DNA of 26,485 nucleotides, from positions 1-26,485 of the forward strand of contig CAZQLJ010000001.1 in assembly GCA_964594085.1 (NCBI GenBank), in the 5' to 3' direction. The notes beneath the pieces are model-generated. The model searched no databases. It saw only the letters and a program-made list of their open reading frames with translations, and had not been told where the DNA came from. Made by a program: the position numbers and the translations under genes. Shown here one piece after another: positions 8,096 through 17,133 of the stretch. This stretch comes from an uncultured Clostridium sp. Lineage in GTDB: Bacteria > Bacillota > Clostridia > Oscillospirales > CAG-272. How positions within the stretch are numbered: position 1 is the first letter of the stretch; the number at the start of each line of letters is the position of its first letter.

Positions 8096-10249
8096 TTACA
8101 TTCTATACTGAAGCTCTGTAACGATATTGGTAACAAGGCTTATCATCTTTCCGATGAGCGTCGAGAACAGCAATACTATAAACATAATAAATACCATACC
8201 GACGGCAGTTCCGAGTATCGTGATTATGTTCTTACCCATCGTGTAGTCGTGAGTGACCTGAGTTCCGAAGAAAACAAGTATACCCAGCCAGATAAACGAA
8301 ATGGTCGAGATCATCGTGACCAGACCAAGCTCCGAGGTAGTAACGAAGTTGGAAAGAATGGTCGCGGGGATAAGAAGCATAGGTACGGGGAGTAAGCTGT
8401 AAGAGCAAGCTATGAAGATGTCCTTGAAGCTTCCCTCACCCTCGAACAAAGTGGTAAGACACCAGTTTGCAAGAACGAAGAGGAGCAACGGAACAAGAAC
8501 TCCGATAGCCTGTACCCACAAGCCCGAATATACGCCCGTAGGATTGAGCATATAACCTTGGCCTATAGCCTGATAGTAGAAAGCGAGAATAGTGACGGCA
8601 ACGTACACGATAGCACCGCGGACCGAGCCTCTGCGCTCGTGCTTAAGATCCCAGAAGCCGTCGAAGGGATGAAGCATCAGATGGAAGCCGTAAAGCAATT
8701 CCTGAACGAACGTCCTCTTTCCGCCCGCCGTCGCGGTCTCGCGGTTGACCTTGGTTATCACCTTATTTATTAATATGAAGGCAACGATAAGAACAACGAT
8801 GATAAGAATGAGAACGAGGAAGTAATCGGACATCCAAGCCTTTCTTATTTCGGAGAAGGATTTTGACCAGTTGTCAGTATCGTAAGCCGCCTCGAAGTAT
8901 TCAAGAGAACCCTCGTAGTCGCCGTTACGGTACATTGCCTGACCGATACCGACGTATGCAGCGTCAAAGTTGGAGTTCTGCTTAAGGACCTCGGTCCACA
9001 TATTGATCGCAAGGTCGAAATCCTGATCATTTTCAGCCGCGATCGCGTCGATAAGAAGATTTCCGTACTCGGTTCTGCGGAACACGGTAAAGGAAGCGGT
9101 ACTCTTATCGAGAATGAGCATCTTGTCACCCTGATACGTGATAGCCTCCATCTGAGTAACAGCTCCGAGAACGCTACCCGTGATAGTAGTAGTTTCGCCA
9201 AACGCAAACAACAAGTTACCGTTGCTGTCGTACGTATACGTTCTCTGTCTCTTGGAGTCGATGACCGACCAGGTTCCCTCATCGCCGATAGCGACGTCAA
9301 TGAGAGACGAAACACCGGAAATGTCATCTCTGGAGAGATTACTGTAATCAATTTCACCCGCAGGCGGCCAAAAGCCATTACGCTTCATGATCTCGTCACC
9401 CTTCGAGTTGAGCATCTTAACAGGAAGATAAGTTCCGGCTTTTTCATTGTTTTGAATAGCAGTCGCAACCTGATTTTCATCAATGTAAGGAGTGACTATG
9501 TAGATAAATCCGTCGTCGTCAATGGTGATGTTCTCGTAGATTACGGAAACGTATTCAACCGAAACGGATTTCTGCTCTTCGGTTCTGAATCTTCTCCAGA
9601 TGATCTCCCAAATACCGAGAGAAACTGCCTGCGCACCGATGTATCCGGTGAACTCGCCTTCCTCGGTCATAACGATAATACCGTCGGTGGTAGACGAGGA
9701 TACGACGAAGAGTCTGTTATGCTGGTCGACCGCCATAGCAACGGGAGTGAATGCGAGAGAAGAGTCGGTAAAGAGCGCGGAGCTGGGCGCGTAGATAACG
9801 CGATCGAAGTTACCGTCGATATCGAAAACTACGATTCTGCTCTTACCCGTATCACAGACCCAGATCTTGTCTTCAGTAACGTAAAGACCCTGGGGAGCGA
9901 GAAGAGCATCGGAAACACCCTGTCCGTTAACGAACGTGCTGATAGTGAACTTAAGCTTGTAGTAACGGTCAAGGCAAACGATTCTGTTGTTATCGGTATC
10001 AGCGATATAAATGTTTCCCTTGTCGTCAGCGAACAAGTCGTTAGGGCTGGAGATAGCAACGTCGAGCCCCATATAAGCGGAGTCAATGACCTCGCTTGCG
10101 ACGTAAGCGTCGGGAGAATAGAGCGCGTAACCGTCTATCGAATAAGTGTAGGTCTGATAAGCGGCGCTTGCCGAAGCACCGATCGCAAAACAGGACACGA
10201 TCATAACGATAGCAAATATCGCGCAAAGAATTCTTGCTGTATTTTTCAT
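8096..10249 (-). CDS. NHL-repeat beta-propeller + TPR-like + Yip1-like membrane domain fusion protein
   Basis: Signal peptide, NHL repeats (SPNDLFADDKGNIYIADTDNNRIV, APQGLYV..IWVCDTGKSRIVVFD, TPVAMAVD..RLFVV), TPR-like helices (AYVGIGQAMYRNGDYEGSLEYFEAA), then a TM helix, HPFDGFWDLKHE and about 5 more TMs. Confidence 0.85.
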   Translation of the reverse strand: MKNTARILCAIFAIVMIVSCFAIGASASAAYQTYTYSIDGYALYSPDAYVASEVIDSAYMGLDVAISSPNDLFADDKGNIYIADTDNNRIVCLDRYYKLKFTISTFVNGQGVSDALLAPQGLYVTEDKIWVCDTGKSRIVVFDIDGNFDRVIYAPSSALFTDSSLAFTPVAMAVDQHNRLFVVSSSTTDGIIVMTEEGEFTGYIGAQAVSLGIWEIIWRRFRTEEQKSVSVEYVSVIYENITIDDDGFIYIVTPYIDENQVATAIQNNEKAGTYLPVKMLNSKGDEIMKRNGFWPPAGEIDYSNLSRDDISGVSSLIDVAIGDEGTWSVIDSKRQRTYTYDSNGNLLFAFGETTTITGSVLGAVTQMEAITYQGDKMLILDKSTASFTVFRRTEYGNLLIDAIAAENDQDFDLAINMWTEVLKQNSNFDAAYVGIGQAMYRNGDYEGSLEYFEAAYDTDNWSKSFSEIRKAWMSDYFLVLILIIVVLIVAFILINKVITKVNRETATAGGKRTFVQELLYGFHLMLHPFDGFWDLKHERRGSVRGAIVYVAVTILAFYYQAIGQGYMLNPTGVYSGLWVQAIGVLVPLLLFVLANWCLTTLFEGEGSFKDIFIACSYSLLPVPMLLIPATILSNFVTTSELGLVTMISTISFIWLGILVFFGTQVTHDYTMGKNIITILGTAVGMVFIMFIVLLFSTLIGKMISLVTNIVTELQYRM

Positions 10250-10266
10250 TGTTATAACCTCCTGTT

Positions 10267-11139
10267 TTAGTCTTTCATTCCGCTGGATCCCATCGTTTCA
10301 ACGATATTGGACTGCGAGAATACGAATACGAGTATCGGCACGAGCATCATAACGACCTGAGCCGCAGCCGCAGCTCCCGCACGCTTGATACCTCCGGCAG
10401 TGATCTGGCCGATAGCGTAGTTAAGGGATTTAAGCTCCTCGGAGTGAATGTACGTCGAAGCGCCCTGATTCCAGAGAGCCTGGAAGGAATAAACGATAAG
10501 TGTCAGCCACGCGGGCTTAACCATAGGCATCGCGATTACCCAGTAGGTCCTGAGCTCCCCTGCACCGTCAAGACGCGCGGATTCAAGAACTGTATCGGGA
10601 ACGTTGGTGTCCATAAACTGCTTCATAAGGTAAAGACCGAGAGTCGAGCCCCAAGCGGGAACGATGATAGCCCAGTAAGTATCGAGCCAACCGAAAGCGG
10701 AAAGCAGGATGAAGGACGTGATCGCCGTAACCGTGGAGTTAAACATAAGCGAGGTCTGAACCGTCTTGAACATAAGCTGACCACCGGGGAATTTGATCTT
10801 CGCCATCGTGTAAGCCGCCAAGGAAGCGATAAACAGATGTCCGAAGGTTCCGAAGACGGAGGTGAACACCGTGTTGAATATGTATCTGGAGAAAGGAACC
10901 CAGTTTGTACCCATCAGCATAAAGAGCGATTTGTAGTTGTAAAATGTGATCTTCTGAACGAGGAATCGGGGAGGATACATCCACAGCTCGTCAAGAGGCT
11001 TGAGGGACTGGCTTACTGCGTACACCATAGGCAGGAACATGAACACGCCGAGGATGACCAGCAAAAAGGTAATACCGGCGTCGCCACCTGCGGAACGGGC
11101 AAGTACGACTTTATGATTTCTTGTTCTTAATTTTGCCAT
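10267..11139 (-). CDS. Carbohydrate ABC transporter permease (MalG-like)
   Basis: SLKPLDELWMYPPRF, EAA loop VPDTVLESARLDGAGE and TM segments. It starts 1 nt after the upstream stop, suggesting translational coupling. Confidence 0.93.
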   Translation of the reverse strand: MAKLRTRNHKVVLARSAGGDAGITFLLVILGVFMFLPMVYAVSQSLKPLDELWMYPPRFLVQKITFYNYKSLFMLMGTNWVPFSRYIFNTVFTSVFGTFGHLFIASLAAYTMAKIKFPGGQLMFKTVQTSLMFNSTVTAITSFILLSAFGWLDTYWAIIVPAWGSTLGLYLMKQFMDTNVPDTVLESARLDGAGELRTYWVIAMPMVKPAWLTLIVYSFQALWNQGASTYIHSEELKSLNYAIGQITAGGIKRAGAAAAAQVVMMLVPILVFVFSQSNIVETMGSSGMKD

Positions 11140-11140
11140 A

Positions 11141-12088
11141 TTACGTACCTACCTTCGAAATGATCTTCTTGACCAAGCCGTTCGCACCGATCATTATCGC
11201 GAACAGAACGACCGCGATAGCCGAGGAATAACCGATCTCATATCTGATGTTACCGTAGTCTTCAAGATGGTGCATGATCGTGTGTGCCGAGTATTCGACC
11301 GAGGGGAATCCGCAGAGCGCGGTAACGATCGAACCGAAGCCGAACGCACCCGTGATAGCCATGACTGCACCGAACATAAGCTGAGGCTTCATAGAGGGGA
11401 GCGTGATGTAATAAAGCTCCTGCCATCTGTTTCTGACACCGTCGACCGCACCGGCCTCGTAAAGCGAACGGTCAACTCCCTGCAATCCTGCGATAAACGA
11501 AAGGAATGCAGTACCAAGGGAGGTCCACAGAGCAACTACGATACACAGAGGCATAACGTAGCTTGTGTCCTGGAAGAATAGGATCTCCGTAGAAATTAAA
11601 CCGTATTTCAGCAGTATCGCGTTGACCCAACCGTAGGAGTCGGATGCAAAGAGCGTCTGCCAAACCATGAACACCTGACCCGAAATAGAGGGCGCGTAGA
11701 ATACGAGAGTAACTATCGCACGAATCTTCGGGGGGATCTCGTTGATAAACCAAGCAACGAGGAAGGAAAGCAGGTAAGAAGCAGGACCAACGATACCCGC
11801 AAAAATGAGAGTATTGGTACATGCCTTAAGGAAGATGTCGTCATCGAAGAAAAGATTTATATAGTTATCGAACCATACGATAGTCGGAACTTCCAGCATG
11901 TTAAAATCTGTAAAGCTGATAAATACCGAAAGCAAGACGGGCAAGATAGTGAATAGGGTGAAAATGATCATATAAGGGGCAACCATCACGTAAGCGACCC
12001 AGTTGCGCTTCATTTCCTTCCATATCCACTGTCTCATCGTCATGTCTTTACGGGAAACAGCCTTTTTCTGTGCCGTTTTGTTAGACAT
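11141..12088 (-). CDS. Carbohydrate ABC transporter permease (MalF-like)
   Basis: EAA loop IAGLQGVDRSLYEAGAVDGV, TM segments, and an AAGGAG RBS. Confidence 0.93.
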   Translation of the reverse strand: MSNKTAQKKAVSRKDMTMRQWIWKEMKRNWVAYVMVAPYMIIFTLFTILPVLLSVFISFTDFNMLEVPTIVWFDNYINLFFDDDIFLKACTNTLIFAGIVGPASYLLSFLVAWFINEIPPKIRAIVTLVFYAPSISGQVFMVWQTLFASDSYGWVNAILLKYGLISTEILFFQDTSYVMPLCIVVALWTSLGTAFLSFIAGLQGVDRSLYEAGAVDGVRNRWQELYYITLPSMKPQLMFGAVMAITGAFGFGSIVTALCGFPSVEYSAHTIMHHLEDYGNIRYEIGYSSAIAVVLFAIMIGANGLVKKIISKVGT

Positions 12089-12127
12089 TTTTGATCTCCT
12101 TTATAGATATTGAATGATGGAAACTTA

Positions 12128-15100
12128 TCAATACGAATCTAATGCGTCAGCCGCACCCATAAGTGCCTGAGCAAGATAGTACAAAAGTTGGTCTTCATTC
12201 ATTTTTGCTGTATCGGGACTTGTTGAGATCTTAATGGTGTTGGAGTAATCTCCCTCAACCATTTCGAGAACGTCATCCGCGAGAGCGTTAAGAGTAACGC
12301 TGTCTTCGCTTCGGATCGCGGAATTGACCTTCTTTTCAAGCTCGTCGTAGGATTTATCCTTATTCGCGAGCATTTCGGCTACGCCCTTTGCCTGAGCGCA
12401 ACGCTTTTCAGCAAGAGTAGCATAACCCTCGAGAGTTTCAAGACCGAACTCTGCACGCTTACGGGTTATTTCCTTATTAATAATAGGAACGTAGCTGAGC
12501 AACGCCTGAGCAGCACCTTCACCGTCGTTGTAAGCGGCGAGGAACGCAAATCCGAGATAACGGTCTATAATGTAAGAGCCGGGGTAGTTGGGGATAGATG
12601 CGAGATTGTCGAACTGAGCCTTGATTCTGGAGTACTCGTCGGTAGTCCAGGGCAGGCTTGCGAGTGCCTCGATGTTAGCGGTGTTGTGCTTAGCCGAGGG
12701 ACCCATGATAGCAACCATCTCGTTGGAGTATTCTATCTGACAATCAGGGCCGGTGAACCACTTGAGGTATGCCCAAGCGGCGTCAGCCTTGTCTTCACTT
12801 CCCTTTACCAATACGGAAGCGTTGACCGAGGAAACGGCGCAGTTGTTCACGGTACCGTCAGCCTGAAGAGTTCCGGGAACGGGAACCATTACCCACTTAC
12901 CTTCAATTTCGGTCGCAAAGACCTTAAGCTGATTGTAAAGACCCGTGTAGTCACCGATAAGGATCGGCATCTCACCGGTTCTGAAACGGTTAGCTGCGTT
13001 ATAGGTGTAGGGGAAGCCGTAATCGGTGAAGTATTTACACATCTTCGCGAAGGAGGTCAGCGCAAGCTTAGAGTTGAGATTAACTCTCATACCGTCGTCC
13101 GCATAAAGCTGACCGCCCGCCTGATAAAGATGAATGTAAGTATCGGTAGTAAGACCGATCTCCATATTCTTCGCCTGAAGCTTGGGAACGAGACTCATAA
13201 GATCGTCCCAGGTCTCGGGGATCGACTCACCAAGCTCTGCAAGAATGTCGATACGAACAAACATCATCGCAAATCCCTGCTGCTCGGGCAGACCGTAATA
13301 GTGCATCGTTCCCTCTGCGTCTGCAAGACCGAGAACCAGCATTGCCGCATCGTTGAAGGATGTCTTTACGGTATCAAAGTCCTCAAATCCTTCAATGGGG
13401 AGGATAGCGGAACGGATAGCGTAGTTGATAACGTCCGACTGACCCATTCCATGATAAACATCAGGTCCCTGATTCGCAAGGATCGAAGGCAGAAGCGTAC
13501 CGCCCGCAACGAGCTTCAGCTCTACAGTGTAACCCGTAACGGAAGTAAAATCACTGTTGATAAGGCTTCTGATAACTTGGAACTGGTCACGACCGGTCGC
13601 GAGCCATACTTCAAGGCTCTCGTCTGTAGTTTCTTCCATAGCACCTACGTGGTCGTAGTCACGGAAGAAGGACCAGAAGAATCTGGAAATCTCATATCCA
13701 AAGGATGCGAAGAAATTAGCGTTCGCCTTGGGGAGCTTTTCCTCTGCAGGCTGAACGAGAATGTAGTCGAGCTGAAGAGGCTGAGTCTGTGCATCGGACA
13801 AGAACGTGCCAAGCGTACCGATGTAGGTCTTAAGTCTCTCGAGCGAGGATGCGATCTCATCCTCATCACTACTCATGTCCTTAAGAATGTCCGCAACCTT
13901 CTGCAGAGTGCCGACATTGGAGGATTTCTGACCCGCCAGCTCGGTAAGTCTTTGAGCGACACCGACGGGATAGCCGTTTTTCGCATCCTCCTCGTTGTCA
14001 AGAACGATAGCCTGAAGAGCCATATCCTTGAGCGTATCGGGAATGATTCTGGAGAAGCCGTAGTCACGGTAGTTGTCAGGCTCGGTACCCGTAAGCTGAA
14101 GAATGGTAAGGTAGTCGTCATTTATATGGTCAAGCGCAGACTGAACGGTGTTGATTATGTCAGCCATGTCGCCGAGAGTTACCTCAAGCTTGAGCGTGTA
14201 GGTAGTGCCCTCTTCAAAATAGAAGCTGAAGGCGGTCTCGCCTGCCGTTGCTGAGGTCACCTGCCAGTTATCACCGTAGTTGTAAGTAATGTTACGAGCC
14301 TCCTCAAAGGGCACGCCGTTGTAATATCCGTCAGCACCCTCTGCAAGTCCTTCGCTGTAGAGAGAAAGCGTACGGCTGACGAACATACCGTCAAGCACGT
14401 CCTGCTTGAAGCGGAATACAAGCTCGTACATACCCGATTTTTCTACGCGGAACTTGTAGGTCACCCACTGACCTGCGTTCTGCCACTTACCGCCACCGAT
14501 AGTGTTAAGAACGGTTCTCGAAGCATCGTGAGGAGAGGTGAGCGCGCTCGCGCTATCCTCTATGGGATATATGGTCTTGTCGGAAGCCGCGTCGGTATAT
14601 TCAGCCTCGATCTTGATCGTGCCGCTGCCTTCGGGCTTGCCTGCATACTTGTCAGCGTATTCCTTGTAGGTAAGAACGTCCTCTGCGGGAGAGAGAATGA
14701 TCTCGGAGATCGCGATCGTTCCGTTCTTTCCTTCAAGGGATATCGTATTCTCGCCCTCTGTGAGCACGAACTCAAACGCTTCGGTATGAAATCCGGTCGA
14801 GTCGATCATAGTGTACTCGGACCACGTAGGAGTCTGCGAAGCCGAGGGGCGAAGCTCGTTCTTATCAAGGTCAAGCGTAGCAAATCTTATATCGTACTTG
14901 TCACAGAAATCCGTGATATCGGAAGTCCACACTGCGGGATACTTGATCTTAAGCTCGTCTCCGTCCATATTGCACATAAGACCAACGTTCTCCGCCTCGG
15001 CCTTGACCGAAGCAGCATCCTTGCCCGCGTAGATAGCATCCTCGTAATCGTTGACCCAATTCTTCTTGATGGTAAGGTAACGTGCCTCACTGAAAGGAAG

Positions 15101-15574
15101 AGAGCCGTTGATACCGAACACGCGCTCGATCGAGCTCGCCTTGCCGTCGTCAATGGTGTAGAAGACGATCGTGATCGTATATCTTGCCGTTTCGGGAACG
15201 TTAACGCTCCAAGTGAGCGTTCCGTCGCCGGGTGCTTCGATAGCCGCAATGCCCTCGTACTCACCGACAACGTAATCGGCATCGGACTCATCAGCTATAA
15301 GATCGTTTACCGCATCGATACGAACGGTCTGCTTAGCCGCGTCAGCCCTGAGAAAGTCACTCGTTAGGACGTATTCGTCGTAAGAGATCGTACCGAGCAG
15401 TTCGATCATATCGTCGATACTGTAGTCGGGCCCCGTCGTGCCTGATTCGTCTGTCGTTTCTCCGTTCGCGCCTGCCTCACCGTCGGTAGCCGCCGCATTT
15501 ACGGAGAAAGCGCCAACAACGAATATCAAGCAAAGCAACAAGGCCGCAAGTCTTCGAAATTTCGTTTTCTTCAT
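12128..15574 (-). CDS. Large extracellular solute-binding protein (family 1) with two N-terminal CBM6/35-like domains, 1148 aa
   Basis: Signal peptide ending VNA-AA, two jelly-roll-like modules (VRIDA..TLTWSVNVPETARYTI; IKIEAE..WVTYKFRVEKSGMYEL), a helical linker, and an SBP domain (GPDV, YGLP, PETWDDL, FRTGEMP, AWAYLKWFT). AGGAGG RBS at 15584-15589. Confidence 0.88.
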   Translation of the reverse strand: MKKTKFRRLAALLLCLIFVVGAFSVNAAATDGEAGANGETTDESGTTGPDYSIDDMIELLGTISYDEYVLTSDFLRADAAKQTVRIDAVNDLIADESDADYVVGEYEGIAAIEAPGDGTLTWSVNVPETARYTITIVFYTIDDGKASSIERVFGINGSLPFSEARYLTIKKNWVNDYEDAIYAGKDAASVKAEAENVGLMCNMDGDELKIKYPAVWTSDITDFCDKYDIRFATLDLDKNELRPSASQTPTWSEYTMIDSTGFHTEAFEFVLTEGENTISLEGKNGTIAISEIILSPAEDVLTYKEYADKYAGKPEGSGTIKIEAEYTDAASDKTIYPIEDSASALTSPHDASRTVLNTIGGGKWQNAGQWVTYKFRVEKSGMYELVFRFKQDVLDGMFVSRTLSLYSEGLAEGADGYYNGVPFEEARNITYNYGDNWQVTSATAGETAFSFYFEEGTTYTLKLEVTLGDMADIINTVQSALDHINDDYLTILQLTGTEPDNYRDYGFSRIIPDTLKDMALQAIVLDNEEDAKNGYPVGVAQRLTELAGQKSSNVGTLQKVADILKDMSSDEDEIASSLERLKTYIGTLGTFLSDAQTQPLQLDYILVQPAEEKLPKANANFFASFGYEISRFFWSFFRDYDHVGAMEETTDESLEVWLATGRDQFQVIRSLINSDFTSVTGYTVELKLVAGGTLLPSILANQGPDVYHGMGQSDVINYAIRSAILPIEGFEDFDTVKTSFNDAAMLVLGLADAEGTMHYYGLPEQQGFAMMFVRIDILAELGESIPETWDDLMSLVPKLQAKNMEIGLTTDTYIHLYQAGGQLYADDGMRVNLNSKLALTSFAKMCKYFTDYGFPYTYNAANRFRTGEMPILIGDYTGLYNQLKVFATEIEGKWVMVPVPGTLQADGTVNNCAVSSVNASVLVKGSEDKADAAWAYLKWFTGPDCQIEYSNEMVAIMGPSAKHNTANIEALASLPWTTDEYSRIKAQFDNLASIPNYPGSYIIDRYLGFAFLAAYNDGEGAAQALLSYVPIINKEITRKRAEFGLETLEGYATLAEKRCAQAKGVAEMLANKDKSYDELEKKVNSAIRSEDSVTLNALADDVLEMVEGDYSNTIKISTSPDTAKMNEDQLLYYLAQALMGAADALDSY

Positions 15575-15598
15575 AAAAAGTTTCCTCCTGCTGTTTTT

Positions 15599-16063
15599 GG
15601 ATAAGACCTTTCTTATCCGTGTAGGGTAAATGCTCCGTTAATAACACCGTGCGCAACGAGCAGAGATGCAATCGTTACCAACCGCATGACGCTCTGTCCC
15701 GCGCGCATTCCTTTGGTCAGCTCCGAAGACGGTGTTATACGGAGGTATTACCAACGGTTGCGGCACGACTCAGACTCGGCTTCAGATCCTCGCGCCATCG
15801 CACACGTATACGCGTACGCGAAAGCAAAGGATCGGCAACAGCCGATGATCATACTGCAGCAGCATTATCACTATGCAATTTAAAGTGATCCGACCACAGA
15901 AAAGATTGCATCCGCATTGGCACTTGCCGATGCATTTTTTCACAAAACTCGGATCAGAGATTGAGTTTATCGAGCGTTTTTCGTTACATTCAATATATGC
16001 ACAGTAAAAACGCCAATAAAAATTCGGGTCATCGCACTCACTTTCACAGCCCATACGATACCC
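15599..16063 (-). ncRNA. Putative long structured 5' leader (cis-regulatory RNA, family not recognised)
   Basis: At least six hairpins: 16026-16063, ~15963-16024, 15886-15956, 15785-15833, 15625-15752 and 15599-15618. Many mismatches resolve as G-U pairs on the minus strand, and one arm has a GUAA tetraloop. No credible ORF. Confidence 0.55.
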
Positions 16064-16079
16064 CAAAAGTTGTTAATAT

Positions 16080-16108
16080 ATAATAACATAAAAAAAACAA
16101 CTTGTCAA
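16080..16108 (-). promoter_or_regulatory. sigmaA-type promoter for the ABC operon
   Basis: Minus strand TTGACA (16108-16103), 17 bp, TATTAT (16085-16080), with a TG extended -10. Confidence 0.65.
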
Positions 16109-17077
16109 GCGTTTCAAAGTTTACAAACCTTAACAAAATTGCCTTGTGAACAAAAAGAAAACCGCTTTTTTTGACAACCACAAATCACATCAATCAGAGC
16201 ATTTTGGCAAGTTGTCAAAACACACAAAAAATTGCTTTTTATAGGTAAATTAAATTTACCATCAACGTCGATATTTTTAAAGAAAACGCGCATTTTTTTC
16301 GTATTTTTGTCAACTATGCCACTTGATTTTTCGGATGAAAGTCTTCTAAAATTGTGCAGTAAATTATATTTACCCAATTACGCAGGCCAAGAGAGCTCTC
16401 GCTCTTTTCCTCCAAACTGCATAAAAATCGTCGTTTTTGTGCCCTTTGCACAAAATTATAGGCATGTTTTTCGTCATCTTTAAAATTGTTAATATTTTTT
16501 GAATTTTCACAAAATCATCATTTCGCGTTCTCTTTTTTGCCGCACACAAGCCGCCCCATCCCACAATTTCATAGAATTCCTCCTAATTCGCCGCCATATT
16601 TTACATTTATTGCCATTTTTCCAAAAACCCTTCTATATCTCTTCAAAGCACTTCGCTGACCTGTAAAAGCCTCCAAATCCAATCAACAAAATCAGCAGCT
16701 CTCGACGTTTCAACTCTCCGCGTCTTCTATCAGTGATCATATCACACAGATAAGCTATCCTCAATATGCGCATCCAACCTCCTCCATCCAACTACGCGTC
16801 GGTCTGCACCTCGCTTTTCTCCGGGCGCCTTCACGCTCCCCTGCACCGCACCTATCCTCTTTGTTGTTCTCTCCGCTTCTCTCCCACGACCGCCCTCCGC
16901 GCCACTCTCACACTACACATTTCTCCATATTTCTCCGTGCTTCAAAGTCACCGAGGCCTTCTGCGTTTTCAAAATTGTCTCACTGTTTTTCGACAATTCA
17001 ACACCAAAATTATAAACACCTAATTTATTTGTCTATTGTTTGTTTGTTTTTTAGCTCGACACACACCTAAAAGCAAC

Positions 17078-17120
17078 AAAAAAAAACGGTTCTCCCGAAC
17101 AAATCGGAAGAACCGTTTTT
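17078..17120 (-). terminator. Intrinsic terminator
   Basis: Minus strand AAAAACGGTTCTTCCGA-TTTGT-TCGGGAGAACCG followed by a T run, just after the stop at 17134. Confidence 0.85.
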
Positions 17121-17133
17121 AAATCAATCAGTA

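Noticed and set aside
15599..15618. Hairpin just before the SBP RBS as an attenuator terminator
   Set aside because: On the transcribed minus strand it is followed by As, not a U tract.
15599..16063. Known RNA classes (T-box, glycine, cobalamin, c-di-GMP and c-di-AMP riboswitches, 6S, tmRNA, RNase P)
   Set aside because: I could not find their signature motifs by eye. An Rfam search is still needed.
16070..16095. Possible dif site (TTATGTTA/TATATA-like words)
   Set aside because: The order and spacing do not fit the 28-bp dif layout. It is the -10 region of the operon promoter.
15438..17070. Short ORFs of 60-95 aa in the large intergenic region
   Set aside because: No convincing RBS, atypical composition and mutual overlap. 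The region is better explained as a structured leader, promoter DNA and spacer.
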